DNA of 64,000 bases from the human T2T-CHM13v2.0 reference genome, Homo sapiens (GCF_009914755.1 NC_060929.1); one strand, 5' to 3'; numbered from the stretch's first letter, positions 28,730 through 45,402 are shown. The notes: generated by a model from the letters alone, not told the origin. Program-made: numbers and translations.

Positions 28730-29899
28730 AGAATTATGATTTTAAAATAGACAAACTTGGGAAGAGAAATAAAAAAGAAAAAATTGCATTCTCAAAGTGA
28801 TGGCTTGCCGAAGCCTCATCAAAAATTTCTGCTCTTTCTTTTTTAATGTGCAAAGAATCAGAAGTGCTGTGAATTGGCTCTATTTGGGGCTGAGGTGGAT
28901 GAGAGAAAAAAAAGGAAGGTAATTTGGGGGGATTCATTACTCTATTTGGATTTGTTAGGGAGGAAGGCAGGTGGGATTTTTCTTCTCATTCTTATCTCTT
29001 TCCTTCTTCCCGTCCCAGAAAGAAACTAAGAATAATAACCAAATTATTAAAATGACTCACCGCCCTTCCAATAGATTCCCTTTCTCCCTAGAACCTTGCC
29101 CTCTTCCCATACTCACACTCCCAAACTCAGAGTTTTGCAAGCAAAGTTGAATTAAAGAATACAATTTGGGGACATAGGTCTGAATGAACACTTCAAATTT
29201 CTGACCTCTGAATTTTTGATTCTTAGTTGCTCAGGCAGGGACCATACCTGACCTAAGTTACTCAGTTTCAGACACCAAAGAGCAGGTCAGCACTACATGT
29301 ACATCTTCTGCAATTTTAATAATAGAGAAGCAGAAAGTATAAGAGAATAGTATTCATCAACTTAAGATATTTACTTCTCTTTACTCCTAATTAAGTGTTT
29401 TTGAAGAAGTTCTTGATGTATAAAGTTAATATTTATGTTAGTGATTTCAGTATCTTGTTTAATAATAACTCTACCCTATGCTCATGTCTTGAAAATATTT
29501 TACTATGTAGGCTTTTGTATGTGTATTTGTAATTCATAAGAATTTATTTCTATATACATTATGGGGCTGGAATACTTCGAAACAAAATTCATCACAGACC
29601 CAAAAACGGAAATTCAAAAAATTCTCACTTCTCTAAGATACTCATGAGAATATTGTCAGCTGCATATCTATGTCCTCTGATAGGCTGCAACTTAAAGAGC
29701 TGTCAATGTTGGCACTTTTAATATCTTTCATATATGTATTTTATGTATTATTATATTATATAAGAGATACATAACATACATATAGGTAAATAAAATGTAT
29801 GTATGTATATTATGTATATATTGAGACATTTATATCTATTTAATAGATCTGTATAATATATACATGTATGTATATGTGTATTTCATACATTTCCAATTA

Positions 29900-30216
<317 letters not shown>

Positions 30217-30581
30217 GTAATAAATAAAATGAATATTTTAAAAAATATCTGATGAAGTTATTTGTCTTAATGACTACAGAAACATCATGGATAGTATGCA
30301 TATGTTTTCAAGCATGCTGAAGTAAATCAACACATATGGAAGAGATAACTTATCTCTGTGCTCATGTGAACAGCATCATGAATATCAGTGTGACTTGACT
30401 ATAGCAACAACATGGGAAAACTACCAAAATAAATTATACTAAACATGGAAGTGATATTCACAGAAGCAAGATATTTCAGAATGCATCTCCTGCTGTCCAG
30501 CTCAGAAAAATACTTAGTCTAGAAACACTAAAGAATTTTATTTTCTTTCCCATATCCTGACTTTATGCTCACCGAGTATAA

Positions 30582-30927
<346 letters not shown>

Positions 30928-31701
30928 GATTTTAGGTATTTTAAGCCAAAAACATAACACTACACAATAAAATTACTTCATTGATATTTGGCTCATAAAA
31001 TTAATGGGGGTTTGATGGAAGAGAGTTAGAGAACTGGTAGAATTCCATGCAGTTCTGCATTCTAAGTGGCAGGAAGCAGACACTGGGCACTTGGTAGGAG
31101 CAGTAAGCTTTTTGTGCCAATACCGCTGGTCCCATGGGTTTGATGCTTCACCCTTTTCACTTACAGCTTGGAGATCAGGGCTTGAGAGGCTATTTAGTCC
31201 ATCTTAGGTTTAGTGTCTGCCATAAAATGTAGCAGAGGAAAAATATGGCCTCTTATTTCCTTTCATGGAAGATGGCTGTGAGATTGTCAGGCATCAGAGA
31301 TTGTCACACTGCTAAGTACAAAAATAGGCCTTTTCTTGAAAGGAATATCTAGATAATTATTTTTAAAAATAGAGGAAGAATATAGGCAACAATTGTGAAT
31401 GTTGGATAACAAATTAAAAGTAAAAATTATGCTACCCAAGGAAATGCTTAATAAGTAACCTGACTTCTCAAATATTCTGTTCCATGAGAAACAGCAGATA
31501 GGTTCTTAATAAAGTCATTTCTATCCCAGAAACTGTAAATATAAATCTACATTTTTCATGAATAAGCAGGCATATAGTTTATTCAACATTTATGTCTGAA
31601 ATTGGTCAGTATAGCCTAATAGTTAACATACCTGTGGATTATTAGACTACCTAGTTTCTCTAACCAGAAGTCTGACCAGTCAATAGTTTTCAAATAATTT
31701 G

Positions 31702-32200
31702 TTGTTCTAGTTTGTTTAGACTGTTATAACAAAATTCCAAAGACTGAGTAGCTTCTATGCAATTATTTAATGGGTACAATGTACATTATTCAGGTGATGA
31801 TTACACTGAAATCCCAGACTTCACAGCCACACAACATACCCTTGTAACAAAGCTGTACTTATACCCCTTAAATTTATACAATTGTTTTTAAAAGAGAGAA
31901 ATAAAGATATAAATTAAAGAAACAAACAAAAAGGCAGTAGTGGAGCCAAGATGAAGATGCTGGCTAAATCTGTGTCTGGTGAAGGCCCACTCTCTGGTTC
32001 ATAGATGGCACCTTCTCTCTGAACTGTCACATGGTGGAAACGGGAACAAGTTCCCTCAGGCCTCTTTTATCAGGACACTAATCCCATTCATGAATGCACT
32101 AACCTTATGATCTAATCACATCCCAAAGGCCCCACCTGCTAATGTGATGGTGATAAACATGGGGGTTAAGTTTCGACATATGAATTTTGAGGAACCGTAA
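31702..32200 (-). mobile_element. MST/MLT1A-type MaLR LTR interrupted by an L1 tail
   Basis: ctgttataacaaaattcc...tgtgtctggtgaaggcccac...aaggccccacctg...atatgaattttg. Confidence 0.75.
31762..31935 (+). mobile_element. L1MA/L1PB 3' end fragment
   Basis: aatgggtacaatgtacattattcaggtgatg...cccagacttcac...accccttaaattta plus A-rich tail. Confidence 0.8.
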
Positions 32201-34081
32201 TACTTCTTCAAACATGAAATCCTGGGACCCATGCTATAGAAAGGTCTGATAATGCATATTTAGCTATAGTTCTTTTTACACTTAGAACTGCACAATAAAT
32301 TTGTCTGATAAGTGAACTTTCATTGAATTGATTATTTTTCTTTGTGTTTTCTGTCTGGGATGCATTCTTTTAGAAAAATTTCTCTGCAACCCTTGATGTA
32401 TCAAACCAGAAAAAAAAATTAATGTAAACTGACACACTTAAAAGAAAAAATAAAAACGTGGAAGTAGCTAAACCCAAATTGATTGAAGTTGTAATTTTTC
32501 CTCAGCTAATAGTTTTATCTAAGCATTAAACTTCTTGTTATATAAGAAATCTGTTTGCAGGATTCTTTGCAAATATATCACCCTTGGGAACAGCAAGCTC
32601 ACCTTCCTGACCCAATCCTGATGGGCTGTACTCTTCAAGTTTCTCCTGACTAATGTGGACTTTCTGGACGTGTATTGCTGTGTGCTGGCCCTGTCCACAT
32701 CGAAGTTAGTTTTCAGGCCACTGGCATTTTACCTTTCAAATTTATTGCATACAGACAGAACATGTCTCTTTCCTCTCCTGGGATATTTAACTCAAGCAGT
32801 CTTGAACTTGTAGCCTGACCCTAGTAGTCACATTATCAAAGCAGATGGTACAATGCTTTGTCTATTCTGAGAGAGTATTCACCACAAAAATTAGAGTACC
32901 CTTATGAATGCCATCTATAATGGCAGAGTCTAAGTTTTCAGAAGGCTTATTTTGTTTTTACATAGGAGAAAAACTACATTCTCATGGAAATATCCAGTGT
33001 AAAGGATTCCACATTTGTTATATGCCTGTTATGCTTTTTGTTGTTACTAGTTAAGAATATAAATCCTCTTCCTTTCACTCATGTTTATTTCTCTCTCTGT
33101 TAAATCTGTCTCACCCTAAACCCTAGTCCTCTGGACCTATTCAAATTCAATGAACTTTATTACCCCTTGAACAACCACTCACTCCCATAACCATTTCTTA
33201 GAATTTGTTTTTTCCTGAACTATTTTGTTCCTGAAGTCACAAACTCATAAAATACTCCCCAACCACAGCCATTTACAAATCCTGTGCTCAGTTGTTCACA
33301 TGACACTTGCTATATTATTCTCTTCAGGCTGCCATAACAAAATGTCACAGACTATATGGCCGAAATGACAGAAATCTATTCCCTTGCCATTTTGGAGGCT
33401 AGAAGTTCCTGATCGATGTCCAATAGCGTTGGTTTCTGAGGAGGGCTTTCTGCTTTCTTCCTGGTCTGCAAATGGCTGCCATCTCTCTGTGTGTTCACTT
33501 GATCTCTTCTTTGTGTTTGTTCAGAGAGAGAGAGAGGAGAGCTTTCCAGTGTTTCCCTCTATAAGAATACTAATCCTATTGAATCAGGCCCCACCCTTAT
33601 GACCACACTGAACTTCATTCACCTTCTTAAAGTTTCTAGTCATCTCCACTTATCCCCGCAGAGGATACCTTCCAAGACTTGCAGTGAATGTCTGAAACCA
33701 CAGATAGTATTGAATTTGATTGCTGTCAATCAGAACATGTTTTTCATGTCTTCCACCCACAAACATAACGCTTTTTCCATGTTAACTAAGCATTATTCCT
33801 GCACCGTGGCTGTAGCTTTTGCAGTTTGAAGTGTGACAACCAAACTGGCACAAATTCCTTTCTCCTTTTTCACAATTTCACAGGTAGAAGATTCATTTTT
33901 ACCATAGCAATTTCAGCATAGGATATTTTTTTCTTGTTAAGTGAAGAATTTTCACTTAAAGGAAGCACTTTATGGCTGCTCTTTAGCATATCCCAATTGC
34001 CTGCATCACTACTCTTGAGCTTTGGGACTGAATAACATACTGAGTAATGTCAGGGTGACTTGAACACAGGCACTGAAATAC

Positions 34082-35046
<965 letters not shown>

Positions 35047-38000
35047 ATACCACAGCAGTTGATCTGGGAATCCAGAGGGATTCTAAGTGTGTCATGGGCG
35101 GATAGTGTAGACAGAGTGGACCTGCTAGACAAAGGAAGGATTCACATACTAGGCAAGAAGGAGTGGGATGGCTTGAGATTTCATCACACTCCTTAGAATG
35201 AGACACAATTTAAAACTTATGAATTGTTTATTTCTGAAATTTTCCATTTAATATTTTTAGACCATTCTTGACCATGGATAATTAAAACCGTGAAATGCAA
35301 AACCATGAATAAGTCAGTGGGGGGAGTTACTGTATTTCCAAATACATTCACACTGAGGGTTAAGGCTTCTACATAAGAATTTGGGGGAAGAGCAAAAACA
35401 GTCAGTTCATAAAACTGTTCTGTGCAATAATATCCCATTAAATATCTATATTTTTTCTCCTTCTACTACTTTGTCTATCCTCCCTTTCTGATTCTGCTTA
35501 GTATGTATATTATAAATATGATCAAGCCATTTGATAATATCAAAAGGGCGGATGAAATTTTGTGCCATAGAATGTAAGCTGGATAAGGAAATGAAGGCAA
35601 GAGAGAGAAAGGAAAGGCATTAAAGAACTACAGGTGACTGTGGAGCACAATAATAATTATCATTATAGAAATGGGCTAGAGAATCAATAGGTGTTTGTAG
35701 ACAACAATTTTTGATTGTTCAAGTTAAGAATACACAAGTACAGTAGCTTTGATTCACAATCAACAGAACGTTTGCGTAAAGTATAGTGAACATGAAGGGT
35801 TATCTCAGGGCTCTGAAAACAATAAAAGGCATGTTTTGTTTTGTTGTTTGTTTCCCTGTGGTTTTTTTTTTTAATAAAACTTTAAAATTATCCAAGACGG
35901 TAAGATTTATGTTTGGGAAAAATTATTGAGAACTATGCGTAAAAGTTTCATTGGTTAGAAGAATTTTGAGGGTTAACTAGTGTCTTAAGTATTCTGAAAT
36001 ATTAGAAGTATAGGGAATGCATATTTTCATATGTAGTCTGATTTTAGACTATAATTGATTTAGGTCTATGTATTTTGAAATGACTGAAGTAATATTTTAA
36101 ATTCCTATGTATTATTTAAGTCTTAGGTTAAACTTTGCCACTTTCTCTTATTACTCCTCTGTACTGCTGTTCATGTTTGGTGGGCCAGTCCTTTCTAGTT
36201 TCTTCAAATGTCTCTAACATTGAATATTTTCTACTCCTCTACTTATTTTTGTGTTGGTATGTCTTTCTTATCCACCAGGCTCTTAAGGTACTAATCATAA
36301 AGTAGGTAGAGCTTGGCAAAGCTCTTAAGGTAGTAAATATAGTAGGTTTCTTGAATGAATGGATGAATGAATGATGATCTCCTGTTTTAACGTTTTATAT
36401 TTGGTGTTTGTTTGCTTGTTCGCTTTATTTATGACAAACTCATGTTCTCAATACTGGGAGAGAAAAAATTATTTTAAAAATTAGCACCAAACTTACTTAT
36501 TTTGAGTTTTAACAACAACAACAAAAAAAGATTTTGGCATTATTATGAGAGTTCATGTTACCAAAAGTTAATCATTGTCATTTACACTCCAAATGGATAG
36601 TGATGTAACTGATGAGTAGTATATTTCTAGTATTGCACAGTAAAAAAGAAATTAATTAAAATAGAAGGAAATAATTCTTGTTCAGAAAATGTTCATTGAA
36701 TATTATGGATATGTAAATTACCATTAATAGGCACTATGTTTACAGCAGTGAATGAAAGAGAAAAAAATAAAATCTCTGCTCTCATGAAGTTCAGACCCTA
36801 GTAAATATATTCATCATTAATCAGTGGCTCTTCTACTCATGTTAAGTTTTTGCATGTACCTATGAATTGATATAAATACAATTATATTGCACATATTTTT
36901 CAATAGCCTATATTGTGCTTTGCAAAGTAATATTTACTTTCACCTATTGTGTTTCTGTTTTTTTTTTTCGTAATTGTAGTAATGATTTACAAGTTCAAGG
37001 CTCTTAGATCCCTGATCTTATGAAAATGATAATTTAATATTTGTTTTTCCCCGTATATTTAAACCAACACTTCCCACTTCCCAACAACTACCCATACTCT
37101 AAAGACACAACCTATTATATCAAAACAGAATTTTTTAGCATATGTCTGAACCGAAGTCATTGTCCAAAAAATAATTTTCAACAAAAATAAAACTGTTTAT
37201 ACTTTAAGTATATAGCACAAGTTGTTGGAAGGCAGTTGAATATGCTCTATTTTCCTGTGTTCTAAAACTAATTTTCAGAAGGTAAAGACAACTTTGTATA
37301 CAAAAAACGTATGTGGCTTATGAAAACACATTATTTAGTTCCTTGCCCTAAAATCTACTTAGAAATTAAATGATATAGATTTGTTTTAAATTTAATATCT
37401 AACTTAGCTGGTTATTTTAAAAACTAATCTATAACGGAAGCTTATGTATTTTAAGCATCGGTTTCAAAGAATCAGCCAGCTTCACAGTCATAGGATGCCC
37501 CAGGTACTCTCACACTGTGGCCTTTCATTTTCATGTAATGTGTTCTAGAAAAACAAATTTTGATGTAGTCCCTGCCTTACTCTTAGCCCTCTGTGACTTA
37601 TAAAATCAAGTAATTAACATAGTTTGAAATAAAATCATTTTACTCCAGATTGTCATAGCACGTTTCTCCTACATCTTTGTGCCTGATTTGACCCATGGTG
37701 CCTGACCCTGTAAACGATTGCTTTACATAATACGTGGAGTGCATCACACCACATGACGGTAGCATAAATCTCCCTTTTAACAAACCATGTCACAGTGGGA
37801 AGACCTCATTTCACACATTACAGGAAAAGAGACAGTTGGAATCATTAATCAGTGATGAGGGGAAGCACATGTGAAATGAGTTTGGGGTGGCTGAACATTT
37901 CTCCAATTACCAGACTATATTCTACTGGGAAAAGATGATAATAAACAGGAGACTGAATATCCTTTGCTTCACTCTTCTAGGAAAGAAAGACAATAATTAT

Positions 38001-39611
38001 TAAAATGAAATGTTCACTGATTTGACACGTACAGCAGAAAATGATCTAATGTTCATAGAGTTTGGTAAGTTATTTCTGAAACAGAAAAATATACAGATCT
38101 TAAAAGAGCAAAAATATGATAGTGGCACATGTAAATTTCATGATGCAATCCTCTCCTTGTATTTTAATTTCTTCAGAGAAATTAGTTAAGTGCTATCTAC
38201 CACAATTAGAGAAAAATGTACATTAAATGATTAAGTTGTTATAAAATTAGGAAATGAGAACATGAAGAAGATATTTCTAAGAAAAGAAACAGCCGAGGCT
38301 TATTTTATAAAAAAAGTAGTGGTGCCATTTTGAAAACAAGGATCAGGTGGCTTCCTTTTCCAAATGCTAATGACTGTGTGCACACTCATGAGCATATGCA
38401 CATGCACGCACCAATAGACCTCCTAAGGATCAGCCATCTACAGTATATGTTTGTACTCTAGTTGCATTTCCCTGCTTTCTCCACATTCATACGGATGCAT
38501 ATAGTTAATGGTTGCTGCCCATAATCAGTATTATCCCCTTAGGATAAAATTGTTTCATTTACAAAGAAGCAGACAAAGGGATAATTGTGGTCTAATCTGT
38601 AAAGCTTTGTCTATTTTCTGTAATATTTACAATAAGGAAATGTATATGTGTGTGTATATATATGTGCGTGTGTGTATATATGTGTGCATATGTATATATG
38701 TTAATTTTTCTGAAGGCAGTGGTGTAAGAAAGAGAAAATACACAAAGAACAATATTAAAATATTTAAATTAAATGTTAAATAGTTTTGTTTTTATTTTTT
38801 AATATCTCAAAGTAAAACAACACAAAATCTTAAAACCCTTACAAAGGCTTTCCACATTAATGTTTCCATTTCTTAACATTTTCCCACAAGTTTGAATTCT
38901 GATCCTTTGCAATAAAGTCATTTCTTCTAACTCCCTATTATCATGTGACTTTCCACCAACATTTAATGTAACCCTAGCCCTATTAATATAATTTGGTTTA
39001 ATTCCATGATTATTCCTTCTTGATGCCATATTTTAAAACAATTCTATCTTCTCTCCGGTAAAATGTCCTAAGAGGAGAAAAAGCCATTAGGCTTGGCCTT
39101 TGAGGCTCCAAGTCCTTTAAAATTATCTAAGGGTCAGGTCTCACTTCCTCCATTAAGCAAAAATCCAGTAAATGTGGCTTTGAGCATTTCATGTATGGTT
39201 TATTTTGACACCTCCATACCAATATATCCTTCTCTTTCTCTCTCTCCTTTTTGTCTCTTTCCTGTCTTTTCTTTCTCTCTTCTTCTTTCTCTCAGCCTTG
39301 AGTAACAATGAGAAGCCTCTTAAGTCGGTAGCTGTTGATATGGGAACTGAATGCTACCACATAAGACCATATTCCATGCCTATAAAGACCCTCCCACAAA
39401 AAAATGCAAAACCTGCCAATAGGGTAAATTAAAAAAAAAAAAAAAAAAGACCCTCACACACACATACACACCAACATGCACACACAGGTATATTTACAGA
39501 AGACTAAAGAGCATACAGGCTATTGATGTTTATAAGAGATTTTAACAATTACATAATATTTTTATGATACCTTAATCATAAGCAAAAATATCAATAAAAA
39601 TGTGGAAAATG

Positions 39612-39951
39612 GGCCAGGCGCAGTGGCTCACGCCTGTAATCCCAGCAATTTGGGAGGCCAAGGCAGGTGGATCACATGAGGTCAGGAGTTCAAGATCAGT
39701 CTGGCCAACATGGTGAAACCCCGACTCTACTAAAAATACAAAAAAGTTAGCCAGGCGTGGTGATGGGCACCTGTAATCCCAGCTACTTGGGAGGCTGAAG
39801 CAGGAGAATTGCTGGAACCCAGGAGGTGGAGGTTGCAGTGAGATCACGCCATTCTAGTGAGATCACTGCATTCTAGCCTGGGCGACAGAGCAAGACTCCA
39901 TCTCAAAATAAACAAACAACAAACAAACAAAACAAACAAACACACAAAAAA
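39612..39951 (+). mobile_element. AluSx-like with (AAAC)n tail
   Basis: Dimeric Alu; small internal duplication gtgagatcac..cattcta; degenerate TSD. Confidence 0.93.
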
Positions 39952-40380
39952 CATGGTAAATGCAGCTTATGGGGCACAGAAATCAGGTAAGAGATAAGGT
40001 AGAGCAGGGGAATGCTTTTTTTAATTCTAATCATTAAATATGTGTTTAAGTACTTAATTTTTACATTACATTGATTTAAATATGAAAGTTAAAAAGCCAT
40101 GTTAGGAGGTTATAGCTCTTGATCAGATGACATAAGCACACACCATTCTGTCTCTCCCACTACATGTAGTTATTAAACCTAGACCGAATGCTAGGAACAA
40201 CTATCTTAAAATTGAATAGTAGGAGGCAGATTGGGGAAGAAGGCCAGGGTTTGAATTTCCATTGAACTAGCTGTGCTTACCTTTTTCTCTCTCCTGCATC
40301 CCCATAGCCTGAACTGAATCCCACAACCTGAACAAAAAAGTGAGCACAGGCCTGCTGATAACAAGAGTTCCAGCAGAAGC

Positions 40381-40862
40381 TGTGGAAGACTGAAAAATGG
40401 CCCCAAAGATACACAGGTCGTATTCTCTGAAACCTGTGAATGTTTTTTTTTTTTTATATGGACAAAGGAAATTTGCAGATGTTATTAAATGAAGGATCTT
40501 GAGATGGAGGGATTAACCTGAATTAACTGGATGGGCCCTAAATGTAAATTACACAAGTGTCTTTAGAAGAGGGAAATAGAGAAAGATTCGACTGTAAAAG
40601 AAAATAAGGCAATGTGATTTGTGAAGCAGAGATTGGATTGATAAAGCCATAGGCCAAGGAATGCTAGTGCTATCAGAAGGTGGAAGAGGCAATGAATAAA
40701 TTTTGCCCTGCACTCTCCAGGAGGACCAGCACTGCCCACACCTCAATTTTAGCACGTAAAACTCCTCTCAAACTCTGGAACTACAGAACTGTGAGAGAAC
40801 ACATTTCTGTTGTTTTAAACCACTAAGCTTAGGTAATTTTTTATAGCATGCTTTAAACTAAT
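40381..40862 (+). mobile_element. MLT1D-like LTR
   Basis: tgtggaagactgaaaaatggccccaaagat...ttgttttaaaccactaag...aaactaata. Confidence 0.8.
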
Positions 40863-42439
40863 AAAGAAGCCATCTGGCCACATGGTTAAGTAATGGAACT
40901 CCAGATGCTGAGAGAAAGTGGAGGATCCCTCCAACTTTTTTGGTTAATATTTTCTTTGTTGTTTCTTGTACTATGCCTAAAGAAATTCTTTGGCAGTGAC
41001 ATCGGGGACACCAACAACATTCCGTCTCCCCGAGAGAAATCAAACTCTAAGGAAAGAAAATATTTTTATTTCAGAGTTGAGGAGCTGTGGCCCAAAGGCT
41101 GTGGGGTGAATATTCATTTTTATTTTTCTTTATCTTTCCATGTGCTGCTTTATCCCAGATATGGGCACATTTGCAGAAAGTGCAACAGAATGAGCTAAGT
41201 AATGCCCAAGCTTTCTGGCCAGAAGATAGAAGAGAGAAGCTTCAGAGAACAGAAATTAGTTGAGAGATTTTCCAGAGGGAGGGGCTTTAGAAAGTGAACT
41301 CTTATTTATGATGAAAAACTAAATGTAATAAAGTGTAGTAGAGGAAATAGTAATGATTTCTTGTACGTTTTAGATATTTTTTGAATGAGTTGTGACTGAT
41401 GTGATTCTGGTAATTTTCAACAACATGTCATATTTTATTTAAAAGAAAAAGCATGTATTTATATTTATATTCTAATACATGCAATCTTATAATAAGGTTT
41501 TGGTCATTAATTGGCCCTGAACACTTTATATGATCATTATGATCTGACTTGTCTAGATTATTAAGCAATTCACCATATCTAAATCACTACTATTCATTTA
41601 ATTTCACTTCATCAAACTATAGTTAATAAACTAAGACACCAGATAAAAAACTTGAACCATATTGACATTGAATAAAGAAATATACAATACTCTGGCATAT
41701 AGTTAGCCTTTAATTTTAAAGAAATAAGAAAAGGAAAAAAGGTGAAGTATTAAAACAGAAATGAAAATCTTTACCTATAGTAACAAAGCCTTACCTATTT
41801 CTTGGACCATACCCAGAAGTAAGTTATATGAATAAGATAATAAAACTTTCAGGTTCACAGATTAAAGAAGAAGTGAAGGACTGAGAAATATCTGAGCACA
41901 TTTATATTTCAGAAACAAGTGGGTTGTGTGTCAGAATTGTGTTCCTGAGTCAGTTGTTTTGGACTTAAACACACATCTCTTTTACAAACATTGTTGTCCA
42001 TGGGATTAGCTCCCCAAGCTACTCTACAAAATTCTCTTTTCTATAAATTACCTGAAGAAAAATATGAATCACACATCTCTATGTATACTGTGATTCCAGA
42101 TTTTCCAGTCACTGTGCTTCATTACCCAGAGTTGACATCTCAAAATCTGTTTCCCCTCCACACGTACCATAGTCATACTAAATAATTAATCTAGGTTCAC
42201 ACTTTTCTACTTCATCAACTTACCTTCAGCCATTAAAAGTATAAAAAAATCTAAAAGCACCTAAATAAAATCAAATAAGCCTAAATGCTTCACTCACACT
42301 TATTTGGTTATTTGTACAACATTTGTACTTCTCCCTTAAAGCAGCCTACTTTGGCTATCAGAATCATTTGGACTAAAATCCTGAACTTCTTTGGTTTGTT
42401 GGTCTGCTTAATGCTTCCTTTTCCTTAATCTACTTTTGA

Positions 42440-42804
<365 letters not shown>

Positions 42805-44358
42805 AGGAAAAAAAAAAAAAAAAACAGTTTTGGTACTCTATCTTCATTATCAAATTTACCTAGTTTATATGGCTGCCAAGCTATACCATATTTGCCAAGT
42901 TAATTCTTTCTCTTATTCTCTGCAGAGAAATATTGTTTCTTTAAAATAGCCAACCCTTCCTTTTCATGACTAAATTTGCTTCCTACATTTCAGATTGAAA
43001 CTGCTTCAAACTTCAGCCATTATAACTGTAAATATATTTGAAACCACATTCCTTCATCAGTCAAGTTTGAGTCAAGAAAGTACAAAGTGCTCTAAATATT
43101 TCAAACTGGAAGGGATAATATTTAAGTTAGGTATTAGCAAGCCTATAGAAGAGCTGGTAGAATGAAAGACAGAGAATAATGCCACTGTTTTTCAGAAAGT
43201 GAAGAAGCTGCCACCAATAGCCTCGGCCACTAACAGCACTAAAGTACATTTGTTAAATAAAATTTCCAGAATTAGGGAGAAATTTGTGTCTACTTTCTGC
43301 TCTTGGGACTCCTATCCTTCTGGAAGACAATTATAGCTTCCAGTCTGTGTATGTTATGCACGTACCTCTTGATGGTGGAATCTAACCTGGCATTATGTTA
43401 GTTAGAAATCTGAGAAAAACCATTCTCAGATTTCCAGTCCGTATGATACCAGGGAGAGTGTAGAAGTTGAAATTGCTGAAGCTTAATTGACTACCAGAAA
43501 TCTGGCTCACCACTCTTTACTTTTGCCAACAATTGCAGTGGAAGATATAGCTTTCTCAGGGTGAGAAATAAGACTTCATATATTCTTTGTATTGCATCCA
43601 TTTCTGTGCTCTCTAGAGACATTTTTCTATCAATTTTCCCTTCTGTTACCAACGTCTTCAAAATATTTCTGTTTGCTGGATCCCATCAGCATTTAAACAA
43701 AATCAGTTTTTCTCTCACCTTAGAGAAAAAATCATTAATAAAATTTTATGCATCCCATGTACTCAGTCTAATTAACATATAAGTTTTCACTTTTGTGAAG
43801 TCAACCAAAATGTTTAATATTTCTTATGTAATTTCTCTAAAAGTAAGTAATATCTACATTTATATTACAAATAGTTTTTACCATTTCAATATACTGAATG
43901 CTTCTAATAGTGAAAAATAGTTTGGAAGTTTTAAGCATATATGCTAATAATTATATTATAGTTTTCAATAATGTCCTATAAGTTGCTACAATGAAAAGTC
44001 CTTCAAAAATTAAATCAGGGCTAATCAAGTAAGTTTTATTTGTCCTGTGGGATATTGAAGAAAATTATCACAGTTAAAGTGTAGATAAAGCAGCTCCATG
44101 TTTTGTTACAGAGAAAAGTTTAAGTTACAGCCTCCTAAATCCAAATAGTTGGAATGATTATGTCTGAGGAAGTGTCATGTCAGATCTTCTAGAAGCACAG
44201 CATCTGTCCTAAGTCCTCGCTATACTGCAGACACTGATTATACATTAGAGATCTCTTATTCTTGTCAGTGTATCTCCTTAGTGTCAACATTTTTCAATGA
44301 ACAAACAATCTGGTACTTACGATTAAGTATGCACCACATTTGTGAATTAAAAATATCC

Positions 44359-44620
44359 GGCCGGGTGCGATGGCTCACGCCTGTAACCCCAGCACTTTGG
44401 GAGGCCAAGGCGGGGGGATCACAAGGTCCAGAGATTGAGACCATCCTGGCTAACAGGGTGAAACCCCGTCTCTACTAAAAATACAAAAATTAGCTGGGCG
44501 TGGTGGTTCCTGTAGTCCCAGCTACTCAGGAGGCTGAGGTAGGAGAATCACTTAAACCCAGAAAGTGGAAATTACAGTAAGCCAAGATCGTGCCACTGCA
44601 CGACACAGCGAGATTCTGTC

Positions 44621-44658
<38 letters not shown>
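44359..44658 (+). mobile_element. AluSc/Y-like with A35 tail
   Basis: gagattgagaccatcctggctaac; internal deletions; pure A-run 44624-44658. Confidence 0.9.
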
Positions 44659-44660
<2 letters not shown>

Positions 44661-45206
44661 CCACCCATTGCACTAAGGCTACCTAGGCTAAGAGCTGAAT
44701 TTAAGTCTATTTTCAAACTTAAGACTGTGAAAATAGAATAGGAGTCAGTTTCTTGGAAGTCTCCATGAATTACGCTGATAAGACCTTAGACCAGCTATGA
44801 GATTTATTCTGTACTTTTGAAATAGCTAAGAATACAAAATACTATGCAGTTTTATAGAAAAAAAGTTATTTTGGAATTTACTTTTAACTTACATAATTAT
44901 AATGTTAATGTCTTACTGTAATGAGAAAAATGAAATCTAAAATTAGAATCAAAACAAAAGATGAGTTGCTGCCACTGGCTGTCAATAATCAGTTAAGTGA
45001 AGATATGTTGTACCAATAGAGTACCATTGGTATATGTTATACCAAAACTCTTAATCTGAGAATTTCTCATTCAACAATTATTCATTTACTAGGCAATGAA
45101 TGAGGACCTAGAAAAATAAAAAAATACTAAGAGCAGTTATCATCTTTTGTAAGAGTGACATTTACAGTGTATTAGTCAGGGTTCTCCAGAGAAACAGAAC
45201 CAATGG

Positions 45207-45207
45207 A

Positions 45208-45273
<66 letters not shown>

Positions 45274-45322
45274 CAGAGAGAAAGAATGAGAAGAAGGAAG
45301 GAAGGAAGGAAAGAGAGAGTGA

Positions 45323-45386
<64 letters not shown>

Positions 45387-45402
45387 AAAGAAAAGAGAAA
45401 AG
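45207..45402. repeat. Compound microsatellite (TG)n(AG)n(GAAG)n(GAAA)17
   Basis: GAAA x17 at 45321-45388, counted directly. Confidence 0.97.
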
